Shown piece by piece: positions 1 to 9,097 of a DNA stretch of 64,000 nucleotides (positions within the stretch are counted from its first letter, which is position 1; every line of letters begins with the position of its first letter). The notes under the pieces are model-generated. The model was given only the letters and a program-made list of their open reading frames with translations, searched no databases and was not told the origin of the DNA. The stretch spans positions 64,001 to 128,000 of the forward strand of contig CAVWLW010000064.1 of the NCBI GenBank assembly GCA_963755715.1, written 5' to 3'. The stretch is from an uncultured delta proteobacterium. Its GTDB lineage: Bacteria; Desulfobacterota; Binatia; UBA9968. The position numbers were made by a program, and so were the translations under genes.

Positions 1-185
1 CGATTTTTAGTTTGAAAGACCTCGCGCAGCATCGCCATGCTCTGATCCATGATCTCTAAAAACTTAGGATCGAGATGGCCGACGACGGGAAGCGCGAGGG
101 CTGCGAGCACGCGCGGATGGACCGGGCTCGGACCCGGGCCGAGCAAGGTGCGAATGGGCGGATTGGCTTTGGGCGCTGCTGACAT
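1..185 (-). CDS. Class V PLP aminotransferase (alanine-glyoxylate/serine-pyruvate family), N-terminal part, runs off window
   Basis: Manual translation from ATG at 185 (RBS GAGGAG): [48 protein letters not shown]. The LLGPGPS and GHLDP motifs are typical of AGT/SgaA. Not in the ORF track. Confidence 0.85.
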   Translation of the reverse strand, partial: MSAAPKANPPIRTLLGPGPSPVHPRVLAALALPVVGHLDPKFLEIMDQSMAMLREVFQTKN

Positions 186-212
186 AAAAACTCCTCGACT
201 TAGCTTGACCGA

Positions 213-1100
213 TTACTCGTCGTCTTTGACGAAGAGCTCCATGCTGCCGATCTTTTCGATGGTGCCGTGCAGATGGTCGCCGTCGCGGAGCTTACTCACT
301 CCGGCCGGCGTGCCGGTGGTGATCAGATCACCCGGACGAAGCGTGAGGCAGCTCGAGAGAAATCGAATATGCTCGCGCAGCCCGCAGATCATGTCGCTCG
401 TGTGCGCGGTCATCGCCTCTTTGCCGTTCTGCAAAACTTTGATCGAAAGATTCTGCGGCTCGTCGATTTCGTCTCGCGTCACGATCCATGGACCCAACGC
501 GCTGAAAGTATCGAAGCCTTTGCGAATATTACGTGTGTTGTGCATGCCCTTGCCCCAGGGATCGCGCTGGCTGATATCCCAGCACATCATATAACCGAAA
601 ACATGCTCGAGCGCCTGCGCTTCGCTCACTTTGCGCGCGCGTTTGCCGATGACGGCGCAAAGCTCGCACTCGAAATCGACCAGTTTGGAAATCTTCGGCA
701 AGATAATCGTATCGCCGGGGCCGATGATCGAAGAGGTCGTCTTCAGAAAAAACTCCGCCATCAAGTCATCTTTGTTGATGATCTGCTTGTTCGCGCTGCC
801 CATGCGTTCGACCATTTCCGCTCGGTGCGCGCCATAGTTTGCCGCCGCAGCCCAGAGCGACCCGGGATTTTGGATCGGCGCGAGCAGCTTCACCGAAATC
901 AGGTCCTCGCCGCCGCCGCTGTTCGCCGCATCGCGCGCGATTTGCATCGCTGCCGGGTTGTTCGCCAAGGCGTCGATGATTTCGAGCATCGTATAACTCT
1001 GTCGCGCTAAACCCGCCTTGATCAAAGCGTCGCCGAAATTAATCACCTTGTTGCCGACGACAACGCCCGCCTGATTTTTATTGTAGTGACAGATTTTCAT
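213..1100 (-). CDS. Fumarylacetoacetate hydrolase family protein
   Basis: DFECEL, DISQRD, RKGFDTF and PGDLITTGTPAGV motifs; start MKICHY preceded by GGAGGT. Confidence 0.9.
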   Translation of the reverse strand: MKICHYNKNQAGVVVGNKVINFGDALIKAGLARQSYTMLEIIDALANNPAAMQIARDAANSGGGEDLISVKLLAPIQNPGSLWAAAANYGAHRAEMVERMGSANKQIINKDDLMAEFFLKTTSSIIGPGDTIILPKISKLVDFECELCAVIGKRARKVSEAQALEHVFGYMMCWDISQRDPWGKGMHNTRNIRKGFDTFSALGPWIVTRDEIDEPQNLSIKVLQNGKEAMTAHTSDMICGLREHIRFLSSCLTLRPGDLITTGTPAGVSKLRDGDHLHGTIEKIGSMELFVKDDE

Positions 1101-1262
1101 GGCCGTACCTCCAAACTCATAAACTGCCCTCTCATTACCTGAAGGACTGAGCAAAGTCCAATCAGCGGCTCGTTTGATGCCGCGAAAAAAACGAGGGTTT
1201 GACGTTATCCGGCGCCTCATCGTATGTAAGAGAGAAAATCGCGTGGAGTGCATGATCGAATT

Positions 1263-2291
1263 ATGCTGAAAATCAAAGTCGGCCTAACCAAGAATCCGCG
1301 TTTCGAACCGCTCATCGACGGAACGGTCAAATCGGCGAAGTTGCATCTCGATACTGTCGTCACGACGCCGCCGGAATTGTTTTTCCGTAATCTCAAGAAC
1401 GATGAGTTTGATGTCTTTGAAATGTCGCTTTCCGAGTATCTCATCACGCGCGAACAAGCCAAAGGCGATCGCTGGGATTGGGCAGCGCTGCCGATCTTTC
1501 CAGCCAAGGCGTTTGTCTGGCTGGGGTTTTACGTCAACACCGCCGCCGGCATCGCCGGCTTGGCGGATTTCAGAGGAAAACGCATCGGCGTGCCCGACTA
1601 TGTCATGACCGCCGCCCTTTGGTTTAGAATTTTCTTGCGCGAGCTTCACGGCATTCAAGCCCAGGAAATTTCCTGGTTCATCGGCCGCACCCCAGAGTTG
1701 AGCCATGGCGGCGTGCTGGGCGCGGATGTCAAGCCGCGCGGCGTGTCGCCGACTTGGCTAACGGCGGCACAAACCTTCGATGTCATGCTCGACAGGGGCG
1801 AAATCGATGCCGCCTATGGCTTCGCGCCGCGCCATGATCCCAAGCTGTTTAAACTGAATATCGACCGCTACGGCGGCACGCCACTCGAGGGCAATCCGCG
1901 CCTTGAAAAATTGTTTGCCGACGGCGGGCGGTCGGTCATCGAGGCTTTCTTCAAAAAGACCGGCATGGTTCCAGCCAATCACGTCATCGTCGCGCAACGA
2001 CGATTGCTGCAAGAGAACTCCTGGCTCGCCGGCGAGCTATACAAAATCTTCGACGCGAGCAAGCAGGCCGCATACGAAAGAACAAACTTCGGGAGCCCCG
2101 CCTATCTCTATTTCGAGAGCAATGATCGGCAGACTCAAGCGAAAACTTTCGGCGACGACCCTTTTCCGTTCGGTCTGAGCAAGAACCGTCCGATGCTCGA
2201 AATGCTTTTTGCCAACTCGCACGCCGAAGGCTTAACGCGCAAGCGCGCCCAGATCGAAGAAGTTTTTTTTCCATCCCTGCTGGACACGTAG
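1263..2291 (+). CDS. 4,5-dihydroxyphthalate decarboxylase-like protein (cytosolic periplasmic-binding-protein II fold)
   Basis: PLIDGTV, ELFFR, FDVFEMSLSEY, ALPIFP, GKRIGVPDYVMTA, PANHVIV and GDDPFPFG match the Pht5/OphC family; no signal peptide. Confidence 0.8.
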   Translation: MLKIKVGLTKNPRFEPLIDGTVKSAKLHLDTVVTTPPELFFRNLKNDEFDVFEMSLSEYLITREQAKGDRWDWAALPIFPAKAFVWLGFYVNTAAGIAGLADFRGKRIGVPDYVMTAALWFRIFLRELHGIQAQEISWFIGRTPELSHGGVLGADVKPRGVSPTWLTAAQTFDVMLDRGEIDAAYGFAPRHDPKLFKLNIDRYGGTPLEGNPRLEKLFADGGRSVIEAFFKKTGMVPANHVIVAQRRLLQENSWLAGELYKIFDASKQAAYERTNFGSPAYLYFESNDRQTQAKTFGDDPFPFGLSKNRPMLEMLFANSHAEGLTRKRAQIEEVFFPSLLDT

Positions 2292-2313
2292 GACCGAACG
2301 CGGAGGAGTGTTC

Positions 2314-3411
2314 ATGGCGAATTCGATTTCTGCCGTCGACGCGGACGGCCACCTCGAAGAAAGCCACATCGATTGGCGCGACCGCTTACCCGACGACTAC
2401 AAGAGCCGGGCGCCCGAAAGAAGACCGAGCGGCAGCGGTCAACTACGAACCATCATCGAAGGCAAAGCGTGGCCCCGGCCCGCCGGCTTGGGCATCGGCG
2501 TCGGCGGCCCCTACAGCCGGCCCCATCCACGTCGTCCAGGAATGACCGATCCAAAGCTGCGGCTGGTTGACATGGACAGCGAGAATATCGCAGTCGCCGT
2601 GCTCTTCGGCGCTGGACTTGCCGGCACGATCCCGGCGCTGGAAGACGCCAGCCTCGCCGCCGCCCTGGCGAGCGCGCGTAATACTTGGCTCGCCGAATAC
2701 TGCGCGGAGAATCCAAAGCGTATTAAAGGCACTGCGGCGCTGGCGCAGCAGGATATCAGCGCAAGCGTAGAAGAGCTTTGCCGGAGCGTAAAAGAACTGG
2801 GCTTTGTCGGCGCTTCGCTCTTTCCCAACGTTAAAGGCCGCCACCTCGGCGATCCCTATTATTTTCCTCTTTACGCCGAAGCCGAGAAATTAAACGTCCC
2901 GATCTGCGTCCACATGTTCCTCGGCCGCTACGGTTCGGACGCCACCGGCACCGAGCGCGTCGATAAATTTTTTTACTCGCATCTTTTCGGCCATCCATTC
3001 GAGCAAATGATTGCGCTCTCAGTGATCATCGGTGAAGGCGTGCTCGACCGTTTTCCCAAGCTGCGTTTTGTTTTCTTGGAATCCGGCTGCGGCTGGCTGC
3101 CCTATTGGTTCGAAAGAATGGACGAGCATTACGAAGTGCTCGGTGTTCAATTGCCGGCGCTCAAGATCGAGCCGAGCAAGTTGTTGGAGCGCGGCCAGCT
3201 TTATTTCTCCTGCGAGCCGGAAGAGAAGGAGCTCGCGCACGTGGTCGATATCATCGGCGACGATTGGATCGTCTTCGCTTCCGACTACAGCCACTTCGAT
3301 AGTCGCTTTCCTGGCGCTTCCGAACCGATTGTGAACCATCCGGCGTTGCGCGACGGGACAAAGCGAAAAATTTTAAACGACAACGCGCGCCGGCTCTATC
3401 GGTTGGACTAG
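2314..3411 (+). CDS. Amidohydrolase family (Amidohydro_2) metal-dependent hydrolase/decarboxylase
   Basis: DADGH, PICVH, RFPKLRFVFLESGCGW, FASDYSH and ILNDNARRLY motifs; RBS GGAGGAG. Confidence 0.9.
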   Translation: MANSISAVDADGHLEESHIDWRDRLPDDYKSRAPERRPSGSGQLRTIIEGKAWPRPAGLGIGVGGPYSRPHPRRPGMTDPKLRLVDMDSENIAVAVLFGAGLAGTIPALEDASLAAALASARNTWLAEYCAENPKRIKGTAALAQQDISASVEELCRSVKELGFVGASLFPNVKGRHLGDPYYFPLYAEAEKLNVPICVHMFLGRYGSDATGTERVDKFFYSHLFGHPFEQMIALSVIIGEGVLDRFPKLRFVFLESGCGWLPYWFERMDEHYEVLGVQLPALKIEPSKLLERGQLYFSCEPEEKELAHVVDIIGDDWIVFASDYSHFDSRFPGASEPIVNHPALRDGTKRKILNDNARRLYRLD

Positions 3412-3491
3412 GCCCGGGCCATGGTGGGGCGAAGATCTAAGCTGAGTTCTTCGAGGTTGAGCCAGCCGGTGCAAGCGCGCCGCTAAGCTCG

Positions 3492-4028
3492 TCAGACCTT
3501 TAATATGCTTTGTGGATACTGCTCGTCCGGCTCGCCTCCCGCTTGCATCTTGTAGGTTTTACTCTTGTCCACCAGCAACTGGCCGTCTTCGGCGATTTTG
3601 ATCTCGAATCGATCGAGCGGACGGGGCGCCGGTCCTTCAAAATTTAAACCGCTCTTATAGTAACCGCTGCCATGACAGGGGCATTTGAACTTGTCTTCGG
3701 CTTGAAGCCAATTGGGGGTGCAACCGAGATGGGTACACTTGGCGAATAGCGCGTAAAACCCTTCATCCTCGCGCACAATCCACACCCGAAAATCCTGTTT
3801 GAATTTATCGCTGACCTCGCCGATCGTATAATCCGACGGATAACCCGCCTTGAACGAGGACGCGGGTTGAAAAAGCACGCGCGGAAACGCCGAGCGCAAG
3901 AATCCCACGAGCGAAAGAAAGCCGAACACGCCGAAACCTCCCCAACCGATGCGGCTGAAGAAGTCTCTGCGACTCCAGAGGCCTCGTTTTTCTCGGTCCA
4001 CTTCGTTGCTCCTCGCTTGCAGAATCAA
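3492..4028 (-). CDS. Rieske 2Fe-2S protein, cytochrome bc/b6f QcrA/PetC type, Tat signal anchor
   Basis: SRRDFF twin-arginine motif plus TM helix; CTHLGC and CPCHGS boxes; GPAPRPL. Confidence 0.9.
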   Translation of the reverse strand: MILQARSNEVDREKRGLWSRRDFFSRIGWGGFGVFGFLSLVGFLRSAFPRVLFQPASSFKAGYPSDYTIGEVSDKFKQDFRVWIVREDEGFYALFAKCTHLGCTPNWLQAEDKFKCPCHGSGYYKSGLNFEGPAPRPLDRFEIKIAEDGQLLVDKSKTYKMQAGGEPDEQYPQSILKV

Positions 4029-4066
4029 TCCGCGGCGTCGTTATCGGAATTCAACCGATCTTCTCT

Positions 4067-4477
4067 TTACATTGCCTTTCGCGCCCGGCGGCCGGCGCGC
4101 ACGACATAGAACAAACGAATCTTCCTCTGACGTGTCAATGCGTTTCTGCGCCAGCGCAGCAAACCCGCCCTGATGTAATCCGGATTCAGGTTGAGAGCCT
4201 CGCAAATAGGCTCGAAAGAGAAGAACCAATCGCTCTTTTCGTGCATCAGCCAGTTTTCCGCGTCGTTAAACGCGGCCCGCCCGCGCGCATCTGAAGCCGA
4301 AGAAAATCTTTGAAAACAAGTGATCGCGTCTTCAAGGACCGCGTACATGAGCATTTTTTCCGGCTCATGACTGCGCTGATAACGCCATTTCTCCAGGTAC
4401 TGCGCGGCCGCAAGCACGTCCGGCTGGAACATCGAAGTCCAACCGTCTCGTTCTTGCGCCACGGGCTTATCATGCAT
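4067..4477 (-). CDS. Conserved hypothetical protein (EPEKxLMxAVLEDAI...FSFExICExL type)
   Basis: Clean ORF with protein-like composition and a sigma54 promoter upstream; function not recognised. Confidence 0.7.
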   Translation of the reverse strand: MHDKPVAQERDGWTSMFQPDVLAAAQYLEKWRYQRSHEPEKMLMYAVLEDAITCFQRFSSASDARGRAAFNDAENWLMHEKSDWFFSFEPICEALNLNPDYIRAGLLRWRRNALTRQRKIRLFYVVRAGRRARKAM

Positions 4478-4544
4478 AAATAACTCGCCCTTCGTCGATT
4501 CAAATTTCCGTGCTGAAAGTTTCGAAATCCCAACTGGAGAAGTG

Positions 4545-4559
4545 GCAAGTGTCGTGCCG
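4545..4559 (-). promoter_or_regulatory. Sigma54 -24/-12 promoter
   Basis: Reverse strand CGGCACGACACTTGC fits GG-N10-GC, about 70 nt upstream of ATG 4477. Confidence 0.65.
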
Positions 4560-4638
4560 AAACACGTCGGCAACTCGCAGTTCTAAGCCGAACATAACAA
4601 AGCTAAAATTCGATACACAGAAACATCAGACTAAAGTA

Positions 4639-4656
4639 TGTGGCAAAAATGCGACC
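4639..4656. promoter_or_regulatory. Putative enhancer (bEBP) binding site between divergent sigma54 promoters
   Basis: Imperfect palindrome TGTGGCA-AAAA-TGCGACC roughly midway between the two promoters. Confidence 0.35.
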
Positions 4657-4725
4657 CAGGTGAGGCAACTTTGTAAGGATCGTCAGAACACAGGCGGATA
4701 ATAGGCGAGGGAGCAATTCGTAGAA

Positions 4726-4740
4726 TGGCACCCCACTTGC
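4726..4740 (+). promoter_or_regulatory. Sigma54 -24/-12 promoter
   Basis: TGGCAC-CCCAC-TTGC, consensus match, about 80 nt upstream of ATG 4822. Confidence 0.7.
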
Positions 4741-4821
4741 GCTGTAAAATTGGTTGTGAGCCGTTAGCGCCTTCGCGCTGATGTGACACGGTTCGAGGCG
4801 GTGATTCATTTGAAACGCAGA

Positions 4822-5181
4822 ATGTTGCTGAATCTAATTTTGGGCCTGTGGCTGATGATCTCTCCTTTTGTCCTGGTTACGCTTAATCGCAGTATTCTCA
4901 AAACGCTGTGGGAAGATTTGTTGCTTGGCTTTGGCATAGCAGCGTTTTCTCTCTGCCGGCTTCTTTCTCGCAAGGAAGACGAGATCGTGCTCTCCGACTG
5001 GTTTGTTACCGCACTCGGCTTTATCACGTTGATCAATCCTTTTTTGTACAGCTATTTCAAATTGAAAGCCGCGGCGTGGAATAATCTAGGTGTCGGTGCG
5101 CTCGTGCTGCTTTTGGCTCTATATCAAGACTGGTACGATACCGACGCACCCGACAATGCGCAGCACGAAAGCAGAACTTAG
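4822..5181 (+). CDS. SPW-repeat small membrane protein
   Basis: LNLILGLWLMISPFVL and LINPFLYSY..AAAWNNLGVG, two SPW-like repeats, 4 TM segments. Confidence 0.75.
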   Translation: MLLNLILGLWLMISPFVLVTLNRSILKTLWEDLLLGFGIAAFSLCRLLSRKEDEIVLSDWFVTALGFITLINPFLYSYFKLKAAAWNNLGVGALVLLLALYQDWYDTDAPDNAQHESRT

Positions 5182-5310
5182 AATGGCGCAATACAGCGCG
5201 AAACCTTGACGATTTTTTCCTGCCCATCTGAAGCGCGCCGGCGATCAGGCCTATCCTTAATCTTTCATCCTTTATCCTTCTGCGATTGACAATCTCCGCG
5301 GCGGATCGCT

Positions 5311-6738
5311 ATGCTGCGCTCGTTTGATTTCGCAGCTGTAAATTTTTTTACGTGCAGAATTCCACGCCGAGAACCAACGAAGACTGCTCCGAGCGTCCTA
5401 CGCCGCGAGCTCAATCTCCCTGCGCTGATCGCCCTCACCTTTTTCTGCGTCGCCGGCGGCGCCTACGGCTTGGAAGACGCGGTCGGTGCCGGCGGTCCGG
5501 CCTTGGTTCTTTTAGGAATCCTAATTCTTCCTTGGCTCTGGAGCTTTCCCACCGCGCTCATGACCGCGGAGTTATCCACCGCCATGCCCGAAGACGGCGG
5601 CTACGTGGTCTGGGTGCAGCGCGCCTTCGGCCGCTTCTGGGGATTTCAAGAAGGCTGGTTGAGCTGGCTCTGCAGTTTTGCCGACAACGCGCTTTATCCG
5701 GTGATGTTTCTCGATTATCTCGCCTACTTGCGCGGCGACATGGCGCCGCTGGAGCGATGGCTGATCGGCGCGGCATTGATCGCGGCGATAACTTGGTTAA
5801 ACGTGCGCGGCATTCGCTTGGTCGGCTTGTGCTCGATTATTTTTACTTTCATCGTCCTCGCGCCTTTCGCCGCGCTGATTGCTTTCGGCGCGCCGCAAGT
5901 CGAAGTAGGCCGCTGGTTCGAACGGACCGGCGAGATCAACTGGGCGCTGCTTTTGAGCACCTTGCTTTGGAACACTTCGGGTTGGGACAACGCCGGTTGT
6001 TGCGCCGCCGAGGTGGTCAACCCGGCAAAAAATTATCCTAAAGCCATGATCGTAACGGTGGTTTTGGTGACCGCCGTTTATTTTTTACCTGTGGCCGTGA
6101 GCGTCGGCGTCGCTGCCGATTGGTCCGCGTGGAAAGAAGGTTATTTTTCCGAAGTAGCCGCGCGCATCGGCGGTTCCTGGTTGGGGGCCGGGCTCACGCT
6201 CGCGGGATTGGTGAGCGCGGCGGGAATGTTTAACGCGCTTTTATGCACCTCCGCGCGCGTGCCCTACGCAATGGCCGAGCGCGGCATGTTGCCGCAGCCG
6301 TTACGCCGGCTGCATGCGCGTCATGGCACACCTTGGCCGGCCATCGCGGTCAATAGCGCCGGCGTCGCGTTATTAATCCCGTTTTCTTTTCAAGACCTCA
6401 TCGAGCTCGACATGTTTCTCTACGCCGCCGCCTTGATCCTCGAATTTGCCGCGCTGGTATGGCTGCGGATAAGGCAGCCCGATCTAGCTCGTCCTTTCCG
6501 AGTGCCCTTCGGTCTCGCCGGTGTCATCGCCCTGAGTCTTCCGCCCGTTGTGCTTTGTCTCGTCAGCATCGCGCTTTCGAATCAGGCCACCCGCTATGTC
6601 GGTCTCATTGGACTCGTGATCGGTCTTCTCGTCTACCGCTGGCAGGTAAAAATCGGCCCGGCGGCTAATGTCGAAGCCGCGCCCACGGGACTGGCCGCAG
6701 CCCCTCCGGCGATCTCGCCTAACCGTGAAGCCGATTGA
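5311..6738 (+). CDS. APC family amino acid/polyamine permease
   Basis: About 12 TM; VAGGAYGLE, AELSTAMPEDGG, WNTSGWDN, RPFRVP. Start uncertain because the ATG overlaps a TTGACA-N18-TATGCT promoter at 5286-5315. Confidence 0.9.
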   Translation: MLRSFDFAAVNFFTCRIPRREPTKTAPSVLRRELNLPALIALTFFCVAGGAYGLEDAVGAGGPALVLLGILILPWLWSFPTALMTAELSTAMPEDGGYVVWVQRAFGRFWGFQEGWLSWLCSFADNALYPVMFLDYLAYLRGDMAPLERWLIGAALIAAITWLNVRGIRLVGLCSIIFTFIVLAPFAALIAFGAPQVEVGRWFERTGEINWALLLSTLLWNTSGWDNAGCCAAEVVNPAKNYPKAMIVTVVLVTAVYFLPVAVSVGVAADWSAWKEGYFSEVAARIGGSWLGAGLTLAGLVSAAGMFNALLCTSARVPYAMAERGMLPQPLRRLHARHGTPWPAIAVNSAGVALLIPFSFQDLIELDMFLYAAALILEFAALVWLRIRQPDLARPFRVPFGLAGVIALSLPPVVLCLVSIALSNQATRYVGLIGLVIGLLVYRWQVKIGPAANVEAAPTGLAAAPPAISPNREAD

Positions 6739-6831
6739 CCGCGACCATCGCGCGATTCAAAGCCGCGCTTCGGTGATGGTATGTGCAATGGGGCTGACGA
6801 CAGTTAATGAATGGAATCGGCGCCCTAACTT

Positions 6832-7221
6832 TCAGGCAAACTTCGTGGCCGCGCCGCAATTAGGACAGGCGCGCCATTCGGCATTAATGGCATAGCCGCA
6901 CTTGGAGCAATGATGCGGCGGAATGATCCGCGGCGGCGGCTCCTCGAGCCTCGGCCCATCGGCCCAATACACGCCGGTGAATAGGCTGGTTTTGCAAGTC
7001 GTCGATTGCATCGTTCCCGAACGGTCCGTGTAAGTCACGTCGTAGTGGCGCTCATTTTTCTCAAAAAACCAGCCGCGCGCAAAAGGATTCCATCTGATCG
7101 AAACGATCCGACCGCCTTTCGCCTCGACTTCATCCTTGATCCGGTTCTTGTCGACGAAGTGCATGACGACCCGAAAGGCCAATCCCGCCGCGATCGCGAA
7201 CAGCAAAAAAGAAAAATTCAT
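6832..7221 (-). CDS. Membrane-anchored protein with C-terminal zinc ribbon
   Basis: N-terminal TM helix; CSKCG..CPNCG. Confidence 0.75.
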   Translation of the reverse strand: MNFSFLLFAIAAGLAFRVVMHFVDKNRIKDEVEAKGGRIVSIRWNPFARGWFFEKNERHYDVTYTDRSGTMQSTTCKTSLFTGVYWADGPRLEEPPPRIIPPHHCSKCGYAINAEWRACPNCGAATKFA

Positions 7222-7263
7222 GGCGCTATTGTGCGATGACCCGCGCCGGCTGGCAAGAGAGGA

Positions 7264-8262
7264 TTACGGCTTGTAGATGCGGCTGATAAAACCTTCTTTT
7301 TCCAGTTCCAAAACCAAGCTGTCGTCGACGATGTCGTCGACCTTCAACGTGCTGCCCGGTTTGCGCGCCACGGCCTCTTTTACCTGCGCGTCCATGCCGT
7401 CGCGATTGACCAACGGCACTTGCTCGAATAGCTTGCTGCTCGACTGGTAGGCGCTTTCCAAGTAGGCCTCGTTGTTCTGGCGCGAGTATTTCGCAAAAAT
7501 CTTCTTGCTCTCTTCCTTGTGGGTTTTGTAGAAGTGCGTCGCTTCGATCAGCGCCATCAGCAGCCGCTTCATCGCGTCGCGACTGCTTTTCAGATAACTC
7601 TTCGAAGTCGTCGGACAAACATAAGGGAACGGAAATCCTTTTGGAAAATCCGCGGTGCTGACCAAAACCCGGTGCGGCATTCCTTGCGCGAGGTGGATCG
7701 TGCCCGGCGGCGAAGGAAACGCCGCGATGCGCCCGGTGCGAAACGCCACCGCTCTTTCCGTCGAGCCGCCGACTTGAAGGATGGCCACGTCTTTATCCGG
7801 TTCGAGCTTCAGTTCCTTCAATAATACGCGCGCCGCCACATCCGAGGAACTGCCCACTCGGCTGATGCCGATGCTCTTGCCCTTGAGTTGCTGCGCCGAA
7901 CGGATCGACTCGTGCACGATCAGTTCGTAGGGCAGCGTGTTGATAAAACAGCCCACAACAACGACGTTGGCCCCGCCCACCGCCGCGTTGGCCGTCGCCC
8001 CGCCGGAAATATTTCCGACCGCGACGGAACCGGCCACCACCGCCGCAACAGTCGTCGTCGACGAAGGAATATAAATCAGCTCGACGTCGAGACCGTACTT
8101 TTTGTAAAGCTGCTTTTCCTTGGCGATATACCAATTGGCATTGGGTGAATCGACGGAGCTAAAAGCAATAGTTTGTTGTTGCGCATGCGCCGAGCGCGAA
8201 GAGAGAACCGCAATGAGGCAAGAGGAAAGGATCAATGCCCGTCGCCATGTGACACGAACCAT
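7264..8262 (-). CDS. ABC transporter substrate-binding protein, NMT1/THI5/SsuA-like
   Basis: Signal peptide AHA-Q; KKYGLDVEL, LKGKSIGISRVGSSSD and DDSLVLELEKEGF. Confidence 0.9.
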   Translation of the reverse strand: MVRVTWRRALILSSCLIAVLSSRSAHAQQQTIAFSSVDSPNANWYIAKEKQLYKKYGLDVELIYIPSSTTTVAAVVAGSVAVGNISGGATANAAVGGANVVVVGCFINTLPYELIVHESIRSAQQLKGKSIGISRVGSSSDVAARVLLKELKLEPDKDVAILQVGGSTERAVAFRTGRIAAFPSPPGTIHLAQGMPHRVLVSTADFPKGFPFPYVCPTTSKSYLKSSRDAMKRLLMALIEATHFYKTHKEESKKIFAKYSRQNNEAYLESAYQSSSKLFEQVPLVNRDGMDAQVKEAVARKPGSTLKVDDIVDDSLVLELEKEGFISRIYKP

Positions 8263-8382
8263 AATTGTCCTCAATGGGTCTGATCGCAGCGAGATTGTAT
8301 TTTAAGTGGAGTCTAGAAAAAATGTTAGGCAGGCCAATTAGTTTGTTCTTCGATGCTCGGGCCGCGTGCCCGGTCAATGTCC

Positions 8383-9042
8383 CTACTTCTTCAACATCTG
8401 CTCGTAGCCGAGCTTTTCCAACATCTCGAGTCCCGAAGAGCCTTTGCGGATACCGTCGGCCATTTCCTGTTCTTTCTGATAGATCGCTTCCGCAGCCGCG
8501 ACGACTTCCTGTTCTTTTTCCTTGGCGATAATCACCACGCCGCTGCCGTCGGCGATGACGAGGTCCCCCGGATGGCATTGCACTCCGGCGAATTGAATTT
8601 CCTGGTTGTAGGAGTCTTGTATAATGCGCCCGCGCGCCGTCATCGGCACCGCGCCGCGCGCATAGACGGGAAATTCGAGATCGCGCGCCTCGTCGATATC
8701 GCGCGAAGCGCCGTCGATCACCACACCGCTCAATCCTTTTAATTTGGCTGAAAGCGCCAGCAAGCCGCCCCAACAGGAAAACTCCAGCTTGCCGCCGTTG
8801 TCGATGACGATGATGTCGCCGGGTTTGGCCGCTTCGATCGGCGCCGTGCCGAGATGCTGTGTCGGCTGCTGCAAGCCGGCGGGTTTGATTTTCATCGTCA
8901 CCGCCCGTCCGACGATGCGCGGGCATTGCCACTGCGGCCGCACGCCCCAGGTCGCGCCCTTCAGCCCCAAGCTGTCGAGCGCATCCGAAACGGCACAGGT
9001 ATCGAGTTTGGCTAACCGTTCAATGATCGGTTCACGCGCCAT
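8383..9042 (-). CDS. RraA family / 4-hydroxy-4-methyl-2-oxoglutarate (HMG/CHA) aldolase-like
   Basis: VSDALD, GRAVT, WGGL, VIDGASRD and PGDLVIADGSGVV. Confidence 0.85.
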   Translation of the reverse strand: MAREPIIERLAKLDTCAVSDALDSLGLKGATWGVRPQWQCPRIVGRAVTMKIKPAGLQQPTQHLGTAPIEAAKPGDIIVIDNGGKLEFSCWGGLLALSAKLKGLSGVVIDGASRDIDEARDLEFPVYARGAVPMTARGRIIQDSYNQEIQFAGVQCHPGDLVIADGSGVVIIAKEKEQEVVAAAEAIYQKEQEMADGIRKGSSGLEMLEKLGYEQMLKK

Positions 9043-9097
9043 CCAGTTTCCTCGTATTCCGTGTGCTTGTCCAAAGGCGAAATCAGAAACTCGAAAC

